Of a stretch of 64,000 nucleotides of DNA, positions 50,436-62,278 are shown in pieces (the stretch's first letter is position 1; each line of letters starts with the position of its first letter). The position numbers were made by a program, and so were the translations under genes. The notes beneath the pieces are model-generated. The model was not told where the DNA came from. It searched no databases and saw only the letters and a program-made list of their open reading frames with translations. This DNA comes from Lama guanicoe (lineage: Eukaryota): the NCBI GenBank assembly GCA_013239625.1, contig MU054212.1, positions 6,112,270-6,176,269 of the forward strand. The letters are read 5' to 3'.

Positions 50436-52102
50436 GTATGGGACCCTGCCTTTGCTCAGTTACTGGCTTAGACCTCTGAGGAAGTTGTGATGCATCTAAT
50501 CATTTCATCTATGCCTTTGACCTCATCCTACCCCGATTTTTCAGAGTTTATTGTCTCAGCTTCCCCTCTTCTTCCCTCCACGACACTGTCCATATGTATG
50601 ACAGAGGACACCTGACCGTGCCATCACCTAATTTTTCAAACAAATGCTTTCATGGACCACCTCTGCTTCCTCTCTTCCCATTACTCCTGTGATCCCCCTA
50701 TACTGTGGCCTCCTTTCCTGCTACCCTGTTGCAGCCCACCCAATGAATAGCTTTATTTTCAAATCCGGTGGCATAATTCCACCTATATTATTCCGGGCTT
50801 TGCAGTATTTCTCTCTCTCGACCACTTCCTCCTTGTCGCAGTTCTCCTCTGTTGATGCTATACTAACTTGGTTAGATCATGTGAGGTCTTGGAGGCCATG
50901 TAAAAGAGTCTAGATTTTATCTCAAGTGCAACAGTGAGTCATAGGAAAAGTGTAAGCTTTTGATTGGGTTTATATTTTTAAGATCTCACTCTAGCATGTG
51001 TGTGGAAAGTGGTTTGGAGGAGGTGGAAGCAGGACTGGTGAAGCCAGTTAAGTGGCCTTCAGGATAGGTGGTAAGGAAGCTGGGTTCGGGTAACAGCATT
51101 AGGTGTGGAATAAGAGGTTGTTCCCAGGTGTATTCAGGAGAGGGGTTGCAGGAAACTGGTAACTGACGAATGTGGGGGTGAGTGAGGGTGAGGTGTCAAA
51201 AATGCCTCCCGAGTTTCTGAGACGAGTGGGTGAAAGTGCCAATACAGGGAAGCAGATTTGGAGAACAATCCAGAGTTGAGCTTGAGATATATTCAATTTG
51301 GACTGTTAAGGGGGGGGATATTTAGATATTACCCGTCTAGAGCTCAAAAGAGAGATCGTATACTGAAGATCTAAACTTCTTTAGAGAGTCCTTCTTGATT
51401 GTTCATCTAAATTGTAGCCTGTATACTTCCTCTTAGCACTCTGTGCTTTCTCTTTACAGCACTTGTCACCATTTATAATTATGCTTTAGTGATTTTTTAA
51501 ATTTAATATCCATTATCCCCACCAGATTCCAGGAGGGTAAGGACTGTGTCTGTTTTATTGACAACTGTGTACCCAGCGCTTTGGAAAAGGACTGGTGCGT
51601 AATAAATGCTCAGTGCATTTTTTAATATTTATGTAAGACTCAAAAAAATCTATTCACGGCTGCCTGACTGCAGAGTCTTTGCAGGGTTTTTGGAGTCCAA
51701 CATCCTGGGATCAAACACTCATCCTCTCACTTACTCTTTATGATTTGGTGCAAGTTATTAATCTAAGTTTTTGTTTGCCTCTTTGTAAATTGAGGGAAAA
51801 GATAATGTTAGCGTCACAGGGTGGTTATAAAGGTAAATGATAAAACATAAGTGGCTGTTAGCACTGTGGAATGTAGTACATCCTTGAAATCAATGGCTTC
51901 TTTCATTCTTAATAATAATTGTTGCTTATTTTTACTTTGATATTTTGTCATCATGTAAAATTCAACATGCACAAAATCAAACTCGGATATTATTCTGTCA
52001 TCTAGTTCTTTATCTCAGCTTTGGTGTCTGACAGAAACAAGAAAATTCTCTCTGTTATCCTGGGTGGAGGTCCCCTGCCTTTTTTCACCAACCCCCCATT
52101 TC

Positions 52103-52490
52103 TTTTTTTTTTTGATTGAAGTATAGTTGATTAATGATTTTGTATTAGTTTCTGGTGTACAGCAAAATGATTCAGTTATACAAATATATATATTCTTTTT
52201 CATTATAGGTTATTACAAGGTATTGAATATAGTTCCCTGTGCTGTACAGTAGGTCCTTGTTGTTTATCTATTTTGTATATAGTAGTGTGTATCTGCTAAT
52301 CTCAAACTCATAATTTATCCCTCTCCTGCCTTCCCTTTTGTGGTTTGTTTTCTATGTCTGTGAGTCTGTTTCTGTCTTGTAAATAAGCTCATTTGTATCT
52401 TATTTTGTAGATTGCACATGTAAGTGCTATTATATGATATTTATCTTTCTCTGTCTGACTTACTTCACTAGGTGATAATCTCTAGGTCTT
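52103..52490 (-). mobile_element. L1 3' fragment
   Basis: Same family as the copies at 25960 and 49343. Confidence 0.9.
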
Positions 52491-53454
52491 CTCTAGCCGT
52501 TTTCAACTCTGCTTACTCTTTAGAGTCCAGGCCTGATCTCCACTCCATGAAGCCTGGCTTTAGTATTCCAGTCCCCAATATCAAACCGTTCCCTGTCTAC
52601 TTGTCTACACATCTCCGGTTTGTCTCTTTTTCCTCCACTGGATTATAAGCACCTTTAGAGCAAGCACAGTGGTTTATGTTCCTTCTGCCACCGCTGACAA
52701 TGGTTTACATAGCTTTGTGTCTAGACTAGACGCTCTATGAATTTATCGATTCATTTGTCAGGATATAGTCCTCAAATTGATAACTTACATGAGGACTGCG
52801 TCTCTTCGTTGATCAAGGAATACAAAGAGGAAGAAACCTTAAGCCCAAGAACTGAAGAGTTGAGAGAGCGCTGCTGTGCAAAGTTGGATGTTAAAGGTTG
52901 TAAGACAGTCTGTTTTAAGACAGCTGCCTAGATCTTGGTCCTAGTTTTTACATCTTTCTAGATGGATATGTATAAAGCAAGGGTTTGTTCTTACTTTTGC
53001 ATTTGCTTTTACTTTTGTCTTTCGTGAAGCAATTATAACTGCTCATCTTGATGTGGTAGATGGTTGAGGTTCAGCATCCGTAGCTTGGGCAGAAAGAAGC
53101 AGGGTGTGTCGGCCACCTCACCACAGCTGTACCGCTTCCTTTAGCACCAGATCTTATCAGAGTTTCTAATGATACGTTTAGTAGAACATGTGTTATTTAG
53201 CAACAGACCCCTCATGGTTAGGATCCCTAGATGTATATCTGGAAGAACAAGGGCTCTTTATTCTTCTGCCTTCATAAAAATGGACTGCGAGAGCTGTCTT
53301 TTATGTTTGCTCTTAATGGGGCCATTAAGTATACTGTGTATTGTGAATTCATGTAATATGACTGGACGTGTTATAGAGCCATGGGATTTATATCTTTCCC
53401 TGAAGCACAGGGTTTCTTTTTACTTACTCTGGACATCTCTAAAATCCATCTATG

Positions 53455-53572
53455 TATTCTTTTTATCTCTCTTTGTTTTTCTTTCTTTCTGTCTCTTCTT
53501 TTACTTCTTTTTTTTCCCCTTCCTTTTGCTCTTTTTTTCCTCTCCCCTTTTTCTTTCTTATGTCCTTCTTTC
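53455..53572. repeat. Polypyrimidine low-complexity tract in RNF125 intron 2
   Basis: ~120 nt almost entirely T/C; explains ORFs 53169-53609 and 53381-53590. Confidence 0.85.
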
Positions 53573-53906
53573 CATCACCGATTTAGGTAATGGCACCCCA
53601 AAAAGGTAAATTTGGTTTAATATGCATCTTTCCACTTTAAAAAACATACACTTCTAGAAGAACCAAATTCAAGAACTCAACTTTTGAGTCTTCTATTTAA
53701 AAAAATGTTTTTAAATAGTGTTATTCATGATAATGCCTTAAATTTGTTGTATTATTATCATGAATGTGTCCTTTTAATCAACTGGCTTTACACTATGACC
53801 TTATTTGAAATAAGGAAAGCAATAAAGCTGGGTCACAAAAGACTTCATTGCCTTTTAAGTGAGCCCCTTTTCAACAGTGAGCTTTTTTTCATTTCCTTTT
53901 ATTTAG

Positions 53907-54001
53907 GTTTGCCTCAGTGAAATGAGGGCACACATAAGAACATGTCAGAAGTACATAGATAAGTATGGACCGCTCCAAGAACTTGGGGAGACAACAACAA
54001 G
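53907..54001 (+). CDS. RNF125: RNF125 coding exon 3 (end of C2HC zinc finger, linker)
   Basis: Acceptor ttttatttag|GTT. Encodes [31 protein letters not shown](R). Donor AAG|gtttgt. 95 nt; its reading frame is absent from the ORF track. Confidence 0.95.
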
Positions 54002-54480
54002 GTTTGTTTCAGTACCATACAGTTTAATGCTAAATTTGATATGCTTGTAAGGAATTTAATGGGCTGGAAAGTTTAACATTTTCATTGTGAAACTATGTAG
54101 GGAGTTATGTTTTGGCTTCTAACCATAATACCTGTTATTCATAATCAATTGTTAACAGCAATAATTATGAAAGAATTTTGCTCTCTCTGCTTCAAAAACT
54201 TTGTATTGCGAGAACTAACCAAACACTGGAGACATTGGGGAAACTTCCTCAGATGAATTTCTATGAAGGAGGAGCCAAAAATAGAAAGCAGAACTGTTGG
54301 ATTTCTGCTAGGCTCTTGCTTTGTGACTAACAGATCCTTGAAGTGGATCACGGTTAAGAGGTTATTTGTCTTTACTTTGCCATCACCACAGTTCCCCAGC
54401 TTCTTCCGTCCCATTTTGCTGGTTTCTCTTTAGAAGGTAGGAAGTGACATGTCAGTACATGTTCTAACAAGAAAGATCAG

Positions 54481-54628
54481 AAGGCAGAGTATAGCTCAGT
54501 GGTAGAACCCATGCTTAGCACACGTGAGGTCCTGGGTTCAATCCCCAGTACCTCCATTAAAAAAAGAAGAAGAAATAAATAAACCTAACTATCCCCCATC
54601 CCCACCCTCCAAAAGAAAAGGAAAAAAA
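54481..54628 (+). mobile_element. tRNA-derived SINE (Vic-1-like)
   Basis: gtatagctcagtggtaga...gcttagca...gggttcaatccccagtacctcc plus aataaataaacctaact tail. Confidence 0.88.
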
Positions 54629-54906
54629 GAACAGGCCAGGACCAGGCATTCTGAATCTTATACCTGTTTGCTGGGTCATCATCCTACATGGGGCTGGAGA
54701 AAGAGGGTGGAGTGGGGCTAGTAGGTATAGTAGAGAATATTGATCACTAACGATTTTTTTTTCTTTAAAAAAAAGGAACAAATCAGGGTCATAACTATTC
54801 TGATGGGCAGAGTAATTACGAAGGTTGTCATCTGCCTCTGCTAAAGAAATTAAGAATTGATTTGTGTTCTCCTGCATAGGGATGATGGCTTGAAACCGTT
54901 AATTTT

Positions 54907-55031
54907 GAGGGGGGTTAATTATGTTTATTTATTTGTTTGTTTGATTTATTTAAATGGCGGTACTGGGGATTGAACCCAGGACCTCATGCATGCTAAGCAC
55001 CCACTCTACTGCTGAGCTGTACCCTCTCCTC
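54907..55031 (-). mobile_element. tRNA-derived SINE (Vic-1-like)
   Basis: Reverse complement of the same consensus. TSD gaaaccgttaatttt (54892-54906) / gaaaccattaaatttt (55032-55047). Confidence 0.88.
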
Positions 55032-55723
55032 GAAACCATTAAATTTTCTTACGAACTCAGCTGTCCAACAGAGGTGTTTGGTATGAATGTAATTTCTTTT
55101 TTTTCTCTTGAAGATAAATTTTAATTCTACTTACTTTAAGGAAGTATACGGCTCAAAATATAGCTTAAATTTCCTAACCCAAAAGTCAAAATGACCACCC
55201 CCTTCCTCTGGTTTTACTGGAGATTACTTTGCAAATGTACCTTTTATTATAGAATTAGATTTATACCATTCTGGTATAAATTGTAAATGAGTGTCTTAAC
55301 TCTAAGCAGAGTATGAATTCTGTTAGATTGGCCACCAGAACCAATAGGAAAGAAGGATATCAAATGAGTAGAGAACGTGTGAAGGTTTGATTGTAAGGTT
55401 GATAGGCTTTATGAAAATTTTAAAATATACAAAAGCTAGTTTAAATACAAATTTCTCCTGCTGGTTAGAATTAAATAATAAAGAATTAAAATAATAAAAA
55501 ATGAGAAGGATTGTTGATTAATCAGTCTTATAGGATAGATTAATAGTTGCATTGAAGATAGAAATCTTTGCTTTATAGAAGAACTTATTACATAATTCAG
55601 ATTTTAAAAAATCCTTACATAGGGAGCTTGTCCGGAATACAAGTCCTGGAGAACAGGAAGCTCTATCTATTATGGAAAATGAGAAGAAAATTCCAAGCCT
55701 TATATTGTCCCTAAGAATTTAAG

Positions 55724-56040
55724 GCAGCTCTATGCAGTGGAAATATAATGCAGAACACATATGTAATTTTAAGTTCTGTAGTAGCCATACTCAAAAAGTA
55801 AAAAGAAAGAAGTGAAATTAAATTTTAATATATTTTATTTAACCGAATGTAGCCAAAATATTATCCTTTGAACATGTAATCAACATATAAATTATTGAGA
55901 TATTTCACTATATGTATATATATAGCCTTTAAAATGCAGTGTGTATTTTGTACTTCCAGCATATCTCTATTTGGACTAGCCTCATTTCAAGTGCTTAGTA
56001 GACACACACGGCTAGTGGCTATTTCACTGGATCGCACAGA
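55724..56040. mobile_element. hAT-Charlie non-autonomous DNA transposon (MER33-like)
   Basis: gaaatataatgcagaacacatatgtaattttaagttctgtagtagcca...catttcaagtgcttagtagacacacacggctagtggcta. Confidence 0.75.
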
Positions 56041-56573
56041 TGCAAAGGACAGATACTCCTAGGTGTGCATAAGGACTTAGCAAGGCAGTTGCAGGCCACT
56101 TCTCATTCTTCACTGGCTGCTAATACTGTGAGTTGACCCCTGTAGTTATATATGCTGGTGTCATTAGATATGCTGGTTGGAGAACAAGTAGCACCCAATT
56201 CTGATGTTACCTGAATTAGGGAAGGCAGGAAGTTCAAGGGACAGGAAAAGTAACGCAGGTGTGGCTGGTGGTGTGATCCTGTTTCTAGTGAATGGAAGTT
56301 CAGATGGTACTTCTATTCCAAAGACAATAAAGTGCTGCAGGTGAACTATGACTGTATCTCCATCCTGTCCCCATGAGGTTACATATTTATACTCCTCATG
56401 AGAAAAAACTGAGGCACCAAGGTTATCATCAGGATAGGAAAAAGAATATCAAATCGAGAAGAATGAGGACTAGAAACTAGATCCACCTGCATTCTGTTTA
56501 TTACCTCTAGTTCAGCGACTACTAATTATCGACAGTGCTTTCAGTAATATTTTGTTTTCTATGCATTTCCCAG

Positions 56574-56664
56574 GTGTGTATGTCCATTTTGTCAGCGGGA
56601 ATTGGATGAAGAGAGCCTGCTGGATCATTGTATTACTCATCACAGATCAGAAAGGAGAACCGTG
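56574..56664 (+). CDS. RNF125: RNF125 coding exon 4 (first C2H2 zinc finger)
   Basis: Acceptor atttcccag|G. Encodes [30 protein letters not shown]. Donor GTG|gtgagg. 91 nt. Confidence 0.95.
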
Positions 56665-56940
56665 GTGAGGATTTGTGTTACTATGCATTTCTGCAATGCT
56701 TAAACTCAGTATACACTAGAAAATCCATTTAGTGGGCTTCTATTTATAGATATATCATAACAAATAATTTATGTCAAGGTTATGGTGATTCTATGTTAAC
56801 AAGATATCAAAGTGTTGAGTTGAAACTGATGAATTACCAATGTGCAAATCACTCTTCCGTTTATGAAATTAGACAACATTATCTCTTACAGATAATCATA
56901 AGCATAATCAACTAAGTAGATCCAAAATGCATAGTTAAGC

Positions 56941-57052
56941 GGGGAGGGTGTAGCTCAGTGGTAGAGTGCTTGCATAGCTCTACCTGGGGTCAATCCCTAG
57001 TACTTCCATTAAAAAATAAAGCCAAACAAAAAAACAGCATAAAACCTTTCTG
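56941..57052 (+). mobile_element. tRNA-derived SINE (Vic-1-like) with internal deletion
   Basis: ggggagggtgtagctcagtggtagag..., with the anticodon-arm region shortened. 17-bp TSD caaaatgca(t/c)agttaag at 56923-56939 and 57053-57069. Confidence 0.85.
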
Positions 57053-57653
57053 CAAAATGCACAGTTAAGATCTAACTTTAAGATGCTAACTGTGGTCACA
57101 TCCTCAGTTAAACACATTTTTTGATAATGCAAATAAGGTTATGATGAGAATACACTAGAAATGAAAAGTAGAAGTCATTCATCTTTTTAAATTAATCTGT
57201 TGTTTTATTTCATGGTTTGAATTTTCATCCACATTAAACACACATATTGCTTATCATTTCCTAGATCCATTATGAATGCTACCTTTTTTCTTTTCAACTT
57301 GGCATTTTAGTTCTACTGTGCCGTGACTTACAATTATCATTTTTGTGTAGTCGATGAGCGGTGTATCATTGTTAACTTAGCCATTTTACTGTTTTCGAAC
57401 ATGGATTATTGCCGATTTGGGGGATTTGAATTGACATTCTTGTACGTTTAAACTTTTTCTTCTATAGGATTTTTTTCCTAAGAGAATGTTCCTTAGATCG
57501 ATATTTCTGGGACTGAGAGTGCCAATTTTCATTAACTCCTGAAACGCATTCTGGAAAGTTTGAGTCGACTTGTGTCGGCAGTTCAGAAGTAAACCACTTG
57601 CACCTTAACTTGACCATGATTGGGTACATTTATTTTACAATTACCTAGGCCTA

Positions 57654-57767
57654 GAGGGGAGGCGATAGCTCAGTGGTAGAGCACGTGCTTAACATGCACA
57701 AGGTCCTGGGTTCAACCCGTAGTACCTCCGTTAAAATAAAGAAACCTAATTACCTCCCCCTCCCCCA
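57654..57767 (+). mobile_element. tRNA-derived SINE (Vic-1-like)
   Basis: A/B boxes, acctaattacctcccc tail. TSD aattacctaggccta/aattacccaagccta. Confidence 0.88.
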
Positions 57768-60509
57768 AATTACCCAAGCCTAACAGATGTAGAATGATAC
57801 CTTGAAGATTATTTTGAATTTTATTTTAGTTGTGTGTTATATGTGTGTACATGTGTGTATGTATATATGTGTGTGTCGGCTTTATATATATGAGTTTTGG
57901 GGTTTATTTGAGTTTTAAGGGGTGGTTTTTCATAAAAATCTTTTAGGAAGTGGATGAGATTGAAATGTAAGTAATCTTTAAGCAGATGGAGCAAGCAGCC
58001 TTGAGAAGATAGAGGACTGATAGATAGATAGCCCTCACAATCCAGTGAGATAGATATAATTATTGTCCCCATTTTGCAGATGAGAAACGGAGGCTCAGAG
58101 AAGTAAGTCTTACAGCTGGTCAGTAAGCAGACTTATCATTTGAACCTAATAGTCTAGCTGCAGGGCATAAACACCTGTGCTCTACCAGCAAGTTCAGGAG
58201 AAAAGCCACAGAGTGCCAGCAAAAGTATTTGTTACTCAACCTGTTGGCCCAGAGGTTTGGTTCTTGGAATGGCTAGATGGGAGCTTGATATGTCTGGGAG
58301 AAGCAGGGGAGATTGTCAAGGGCTTTTCCTGCTCAGGGTGCTCTGGGGGAGGAACTGGGCTCAGGTGTTTTATGACAGGTACCTGGAGAACTAGAGGAAG
58401 TTTGAAGAAAGCATTAGGATGGCATAATAATGACTACCATTTACTGAGCTCTTTGCCATCTCCTAGCAACCCTAGGAAGGATGATAAAGGAGGTGTTAGT
58501 GACACAGCCTGAGCCCTGACCAGTAGTGCCCGGGGTGCTGCTCTGGCTGGAGGAACTCTGGGCACTCTGGACCATGGGCTGCATCATAGCAGCAATCCAG
58601 GGCTTTGGTACTGTGTACCTACTCCTGCAGAAATCCAGTCCACGTGCTGCTCAGGTTGGCCATCAGACTGAAGGTGGCCCTTGGATGCTGAGTCTTCAAG
58701 GATTTAGAGGTCATAGAAGTCATTGAAGAGCCGGCATAAGGACAGAAATAAGCCAGGAATAGTGAGATCAGATTGCCTGTGGAATTTGCTTTGCAGGAGA
58801 TAAGCTTTGAAAACTCCATGAACCTCTTTGCCTCTGTTTCATCGTTTATAAAATGGTGGTAACGATACTGATGATGCCTTTTTCACAGGGTGGCAGTAAA
58901 TGAGTCAGGTGGTGACGGTGTGTTACTACCACTTCCGGAACTATATAAAATCAAGACTAAAGACTTCTCAGAAGAAGCCATGTACTCTCACAGCTGAGGA
59001 ACCCAAGCTGGGAGGGGTGGGGGCAGTGAAGTGTTAAAATTTTACCCTAAGACCAGGATGCTGTCATGGCCTTGAGGCAGGAGAGAAGCAGATTGTTCAG
59101 AAAAGCCACAGTTCTGTGATACACTAGAGCTGTCTGAAGGTGTCACTGGAACAGAAGACCTTCAGGTTTCCTGTGTTAGTGTTTGCTTAAGTGTAGAAGC
59201 TGAAGACACATGTCACTGAAGGATCTAGTGCCGCTGGAAGTCAGGGTAAACACTGTGGTCATGAAAAGGTTGGGGGTAGTACTGTAACAGGGCTGGGGTT
59301 CATGTGTTTATGGATCCCCAGTGAGGACACGTGGGCGAAAACAGCCTGGGGGGAGATCTTGGAGGAGGGCTGATTCTGGATTGGTGTGGAAGTTAACAAG
59401 GAATTTTTGCTTCAAAGGACTGAGCTGGGTTTGTCTGCAGATAAGATCAGTGACATCATCTGACTAACAACATGTAAGAAATTTCTTGGCAGTTAGAGAT
59501 TTGGGCAAATGATTCTGCCTTTCAGATATAATTAGATAATTCAGAGATCAAACCGCAAGCGACTAATCTTTTCTTTCTAAGTTGCTCAAGCCTGGGGTAG
59601 TAGGTTAAGAACATCAAGACATTTTGATTTTTCTCATATGCAGCCTTAAGAAGTCAACAGTTCATCGACTATACTTCCATAAAAAATAAAAGTTAAAAAG
59701 AAGACAACCAGCTCCTTTTTGTCACACAGTAATTCTGCCATGTTTTATTTTTTGAAAAATGGTATCTATGGAATATTGAACTCAAAAGAGGCAAATGACA
59801 CAAACAGCATGCTTCAGATTGAGTTATGAGTCCCCTTGGGAGAGAAATTCAGTATTTTATCTTGTCAAGGGAAGATGTTTCAGCAAGAACCACACTTTCT
59901 GGCTCTTCTCTCTGCCCAGTGTTTTCTTTCACTGATTACCTCTTCTTTATCTTTTAGAGCTCAGTTTAAATCTTCCTTTCTCACTTCCCTGACGTGCAAA
60001 TTAATTTCAGTTCTTGCTTTTCTCCCCTCTTTTTTTCTCAGTTATCAGGATTCATCAATTGTGTATGCAGTTTGTGTCTGCGTCTCTGTCCAAATTATTA
60101 TGAAGCCATTGAACTTAATTTCTTTGTTCACCACTGCATGCCCAGCCCTTGGCAGAGAACCTAGCACAGAGCAGGACATAGTGCCTTTTCATATGTTGAA
60201 TGTAGCCCTTGCTGTGCTGCATTGGAAGTATCTGCTTGAGTGATAAGAATAGTGGCCAAGGACTGAGCTTCAAAATGTTAAATGACGTGTTATTCTAAAT
60301 CTACCAAGAGCCCTGCAAAACAGGTAATTCACCTTTTACAGGTGAAGATTAATGAATTGCCAAGGTTAAGTTAGTGAGAGGCTGGGATAAAACTGAAAAC
60401 TATTTTCCAGCCGCTGGGAACACATGGGTTAACAAGACACATGTAGTTTCTTCCCGCAGGGAGCCCCAGTTACTCAAAGACAGGGATCAAATAGTAGTAA
60501 ATACATGGC

Positions 60510-60602
60510 ATTTGTTTGTTTTGGTTTTTTGGTGGGAGAGGTAATTAGGTTTATGTATTTATATATTTATTTCATTGGATGTACTGGGGATTGAATCCAG
60601 GA
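60510..60602 (-). mobile_element. 5'-truncated tRNA-derived SINE (Vic-1-like)
   Basis: gaggtaattaggtttat...gtactggggattgaatccagg is the reverse complement of the B-box half plus tail. Confidence 0.75.
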
Positions 60603-60679
60603 GAAAAAATAGGATTTTTTAAAAGAAATACGTTAAGATATAATATAGCAGTATACGTAAAAAGAGTCATTTATATTAG

Positions 60680-61625
60680 CCATTTGAGAAATGCAAATTA
60701 GAACCATGATAAGATGCCACTACATGCCTATCAGAATGAATAAAATAAAAAATGTTGACAGTACCAAACGCTGGCAAGAATGTGGATAATTTACACATTG
60801 CTTGTGGGAATGTAAAATGATACAGCCATTCTGGAAAAGTTTGGAAAAAGAATATGAAAACAAACGTTATCTATACATATGCATGACTGGGACATTATGC
60901 TGTACACCAGCAATTCACACATTGTAACTGACTATACTTCAATTAAAAAAAAGAAAATAGTTTGGCAGATTTTTTACAAAGTTAACCATAATACTAACCA
61001 TATGACCCAGCAATCACACTCCTGGAAAGTTATCCTAAAGAAATGAAAACATGTTTATGCAGAACAAACTCTACACAAATGTTCCTTGCAGCTGTATTTG
61101 TAACAGCCCCAAAACAACAAATGACCTTCAGAGGTAAGTGGATGAACTGTGGTACACCCATGCCACGCGACCCTACTCAGCAATGAAAAGGACAGCACTC
61201 TTGACAACAACAATGTGGATGAATCCCAAGGTCATTATGCTCAGTGGAAAAAGCCAATCTGAAAAATTCTCTAGCCAGTGGTTGCCAGGGTTCAGAAGGG
61301 AAGATTTAAAGGTTAGCACAAGGGAGTTCTTTGCAGTGAGAGAACAGCTCTGTATCTTGATTGTGCTGATGGTTATATGAATTTATACAAGTTATGAAAT
61401 TTCATAGGACTACACCCCCCCCCCCAAAAAATGAGTTCACGTGAAAACTGGTGAAATCTAAGTCAGGTGTTCTCTAGTGAATTGCCAACTTCCTGGTTTC
61501 GATAATGTACCATAGTTACGTAAGAAGTTACCATTTGGGGAAGCTGGGTGATGGCGACATGGCACTTCTCTGGTATTCTTTTTGCAATTCTTTGTGAGTT
61601 ATACATATTTCAAAATGGAAAAGTT
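60680..61625 (+). mobile_element. Old L1M 3' region with a younger L1 tail nested at ~60845-60952
   Basis: gaaatgcaaattagaaccatgataagatgccactaca...; the inner insert ends aactgactatacttcaattaaaaaaaa, with TSD gaaaagtttgg/gaaaatagtttgg. Confidence 0.8.
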
Positions 61626-62170
61626 TTCTTAGAGACCCATTAATGGCTATTAAATTAGGAAAATATGTGTAAATACTAATGCTTGATGCTGGTGTGTTAT
61701 AATCTGTTTTACTGGTGGCAATATTAAATTATAGAGCAAGATATATTATGGACCATAAATGTTCATAACTTTGACCTTCGAATCCATTATGGTCATTTAT
61801 CCTAAGAAAATAATCCCCCCAAAGTAAACAATATGGAAATGTAATGTGTAATAACAAAATATCCACATACCAAGAAAAACGTGTTTCAAGAGGCAGGTAA
61901 CCAATTGAGTTATGGTCCATCTACTGACTCTAATCTTGTTTAAATAATAAATTGATAAATATGAAAAAATAGCTATGCTCTTAAAAAATGCATATGAAGA
62001 AATAAGTGCAGTTTTTTTATGTTGCTTTAATATTTATGCAATTTCTAAAATGTAATACCAAGGTATGGCTAATAGATTCATAAAATCAAAATTCACTTTG
62101 TTGAATGGTTATTTAATTTTCTAATTCTACCACTAATGATTACTTAAAACTCTTTCTTGTTTATTTCTAG

Positions 62171-62278
62171 TTCTGTCCACTTTGCCGTTTAATACCTAAT
62201 GAGAATCCAAGCGGCTTCAATGGCAGCTTAATAAGACATTTGCAAGTCAGTCACACTTTGTTTTACGATGATTTCATA
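62171..62278 (+). CDS. RNF125: RNF125 coding exon 5 (second C2H2 zinc finger)
   Basis: Acceptor ttatttctag|TTC. Encodes [36 protein letters not shown]. Donor ATA|gtaagt. 108 nt; cumulative CDS 612 nt with no stop, so a further exon is expected downstream. Confidence 0.95.

Noticed and set aside
50223..50471. 82-aa ORF as a standalone gene or extended exon
   Set aside because: Only 50282-50435 matches RNF125 and it is bounded by AG/GT. The flanks are intronic read-through.
24436..60602. tRNA-Ala(AGC)-like sequences (9 copies) as tRNA genes
   Set aside because: They carry A-rich SINE tails, TSDs and many stem-breaking substitutions, so they are SINEs rather than functional tRNAs.
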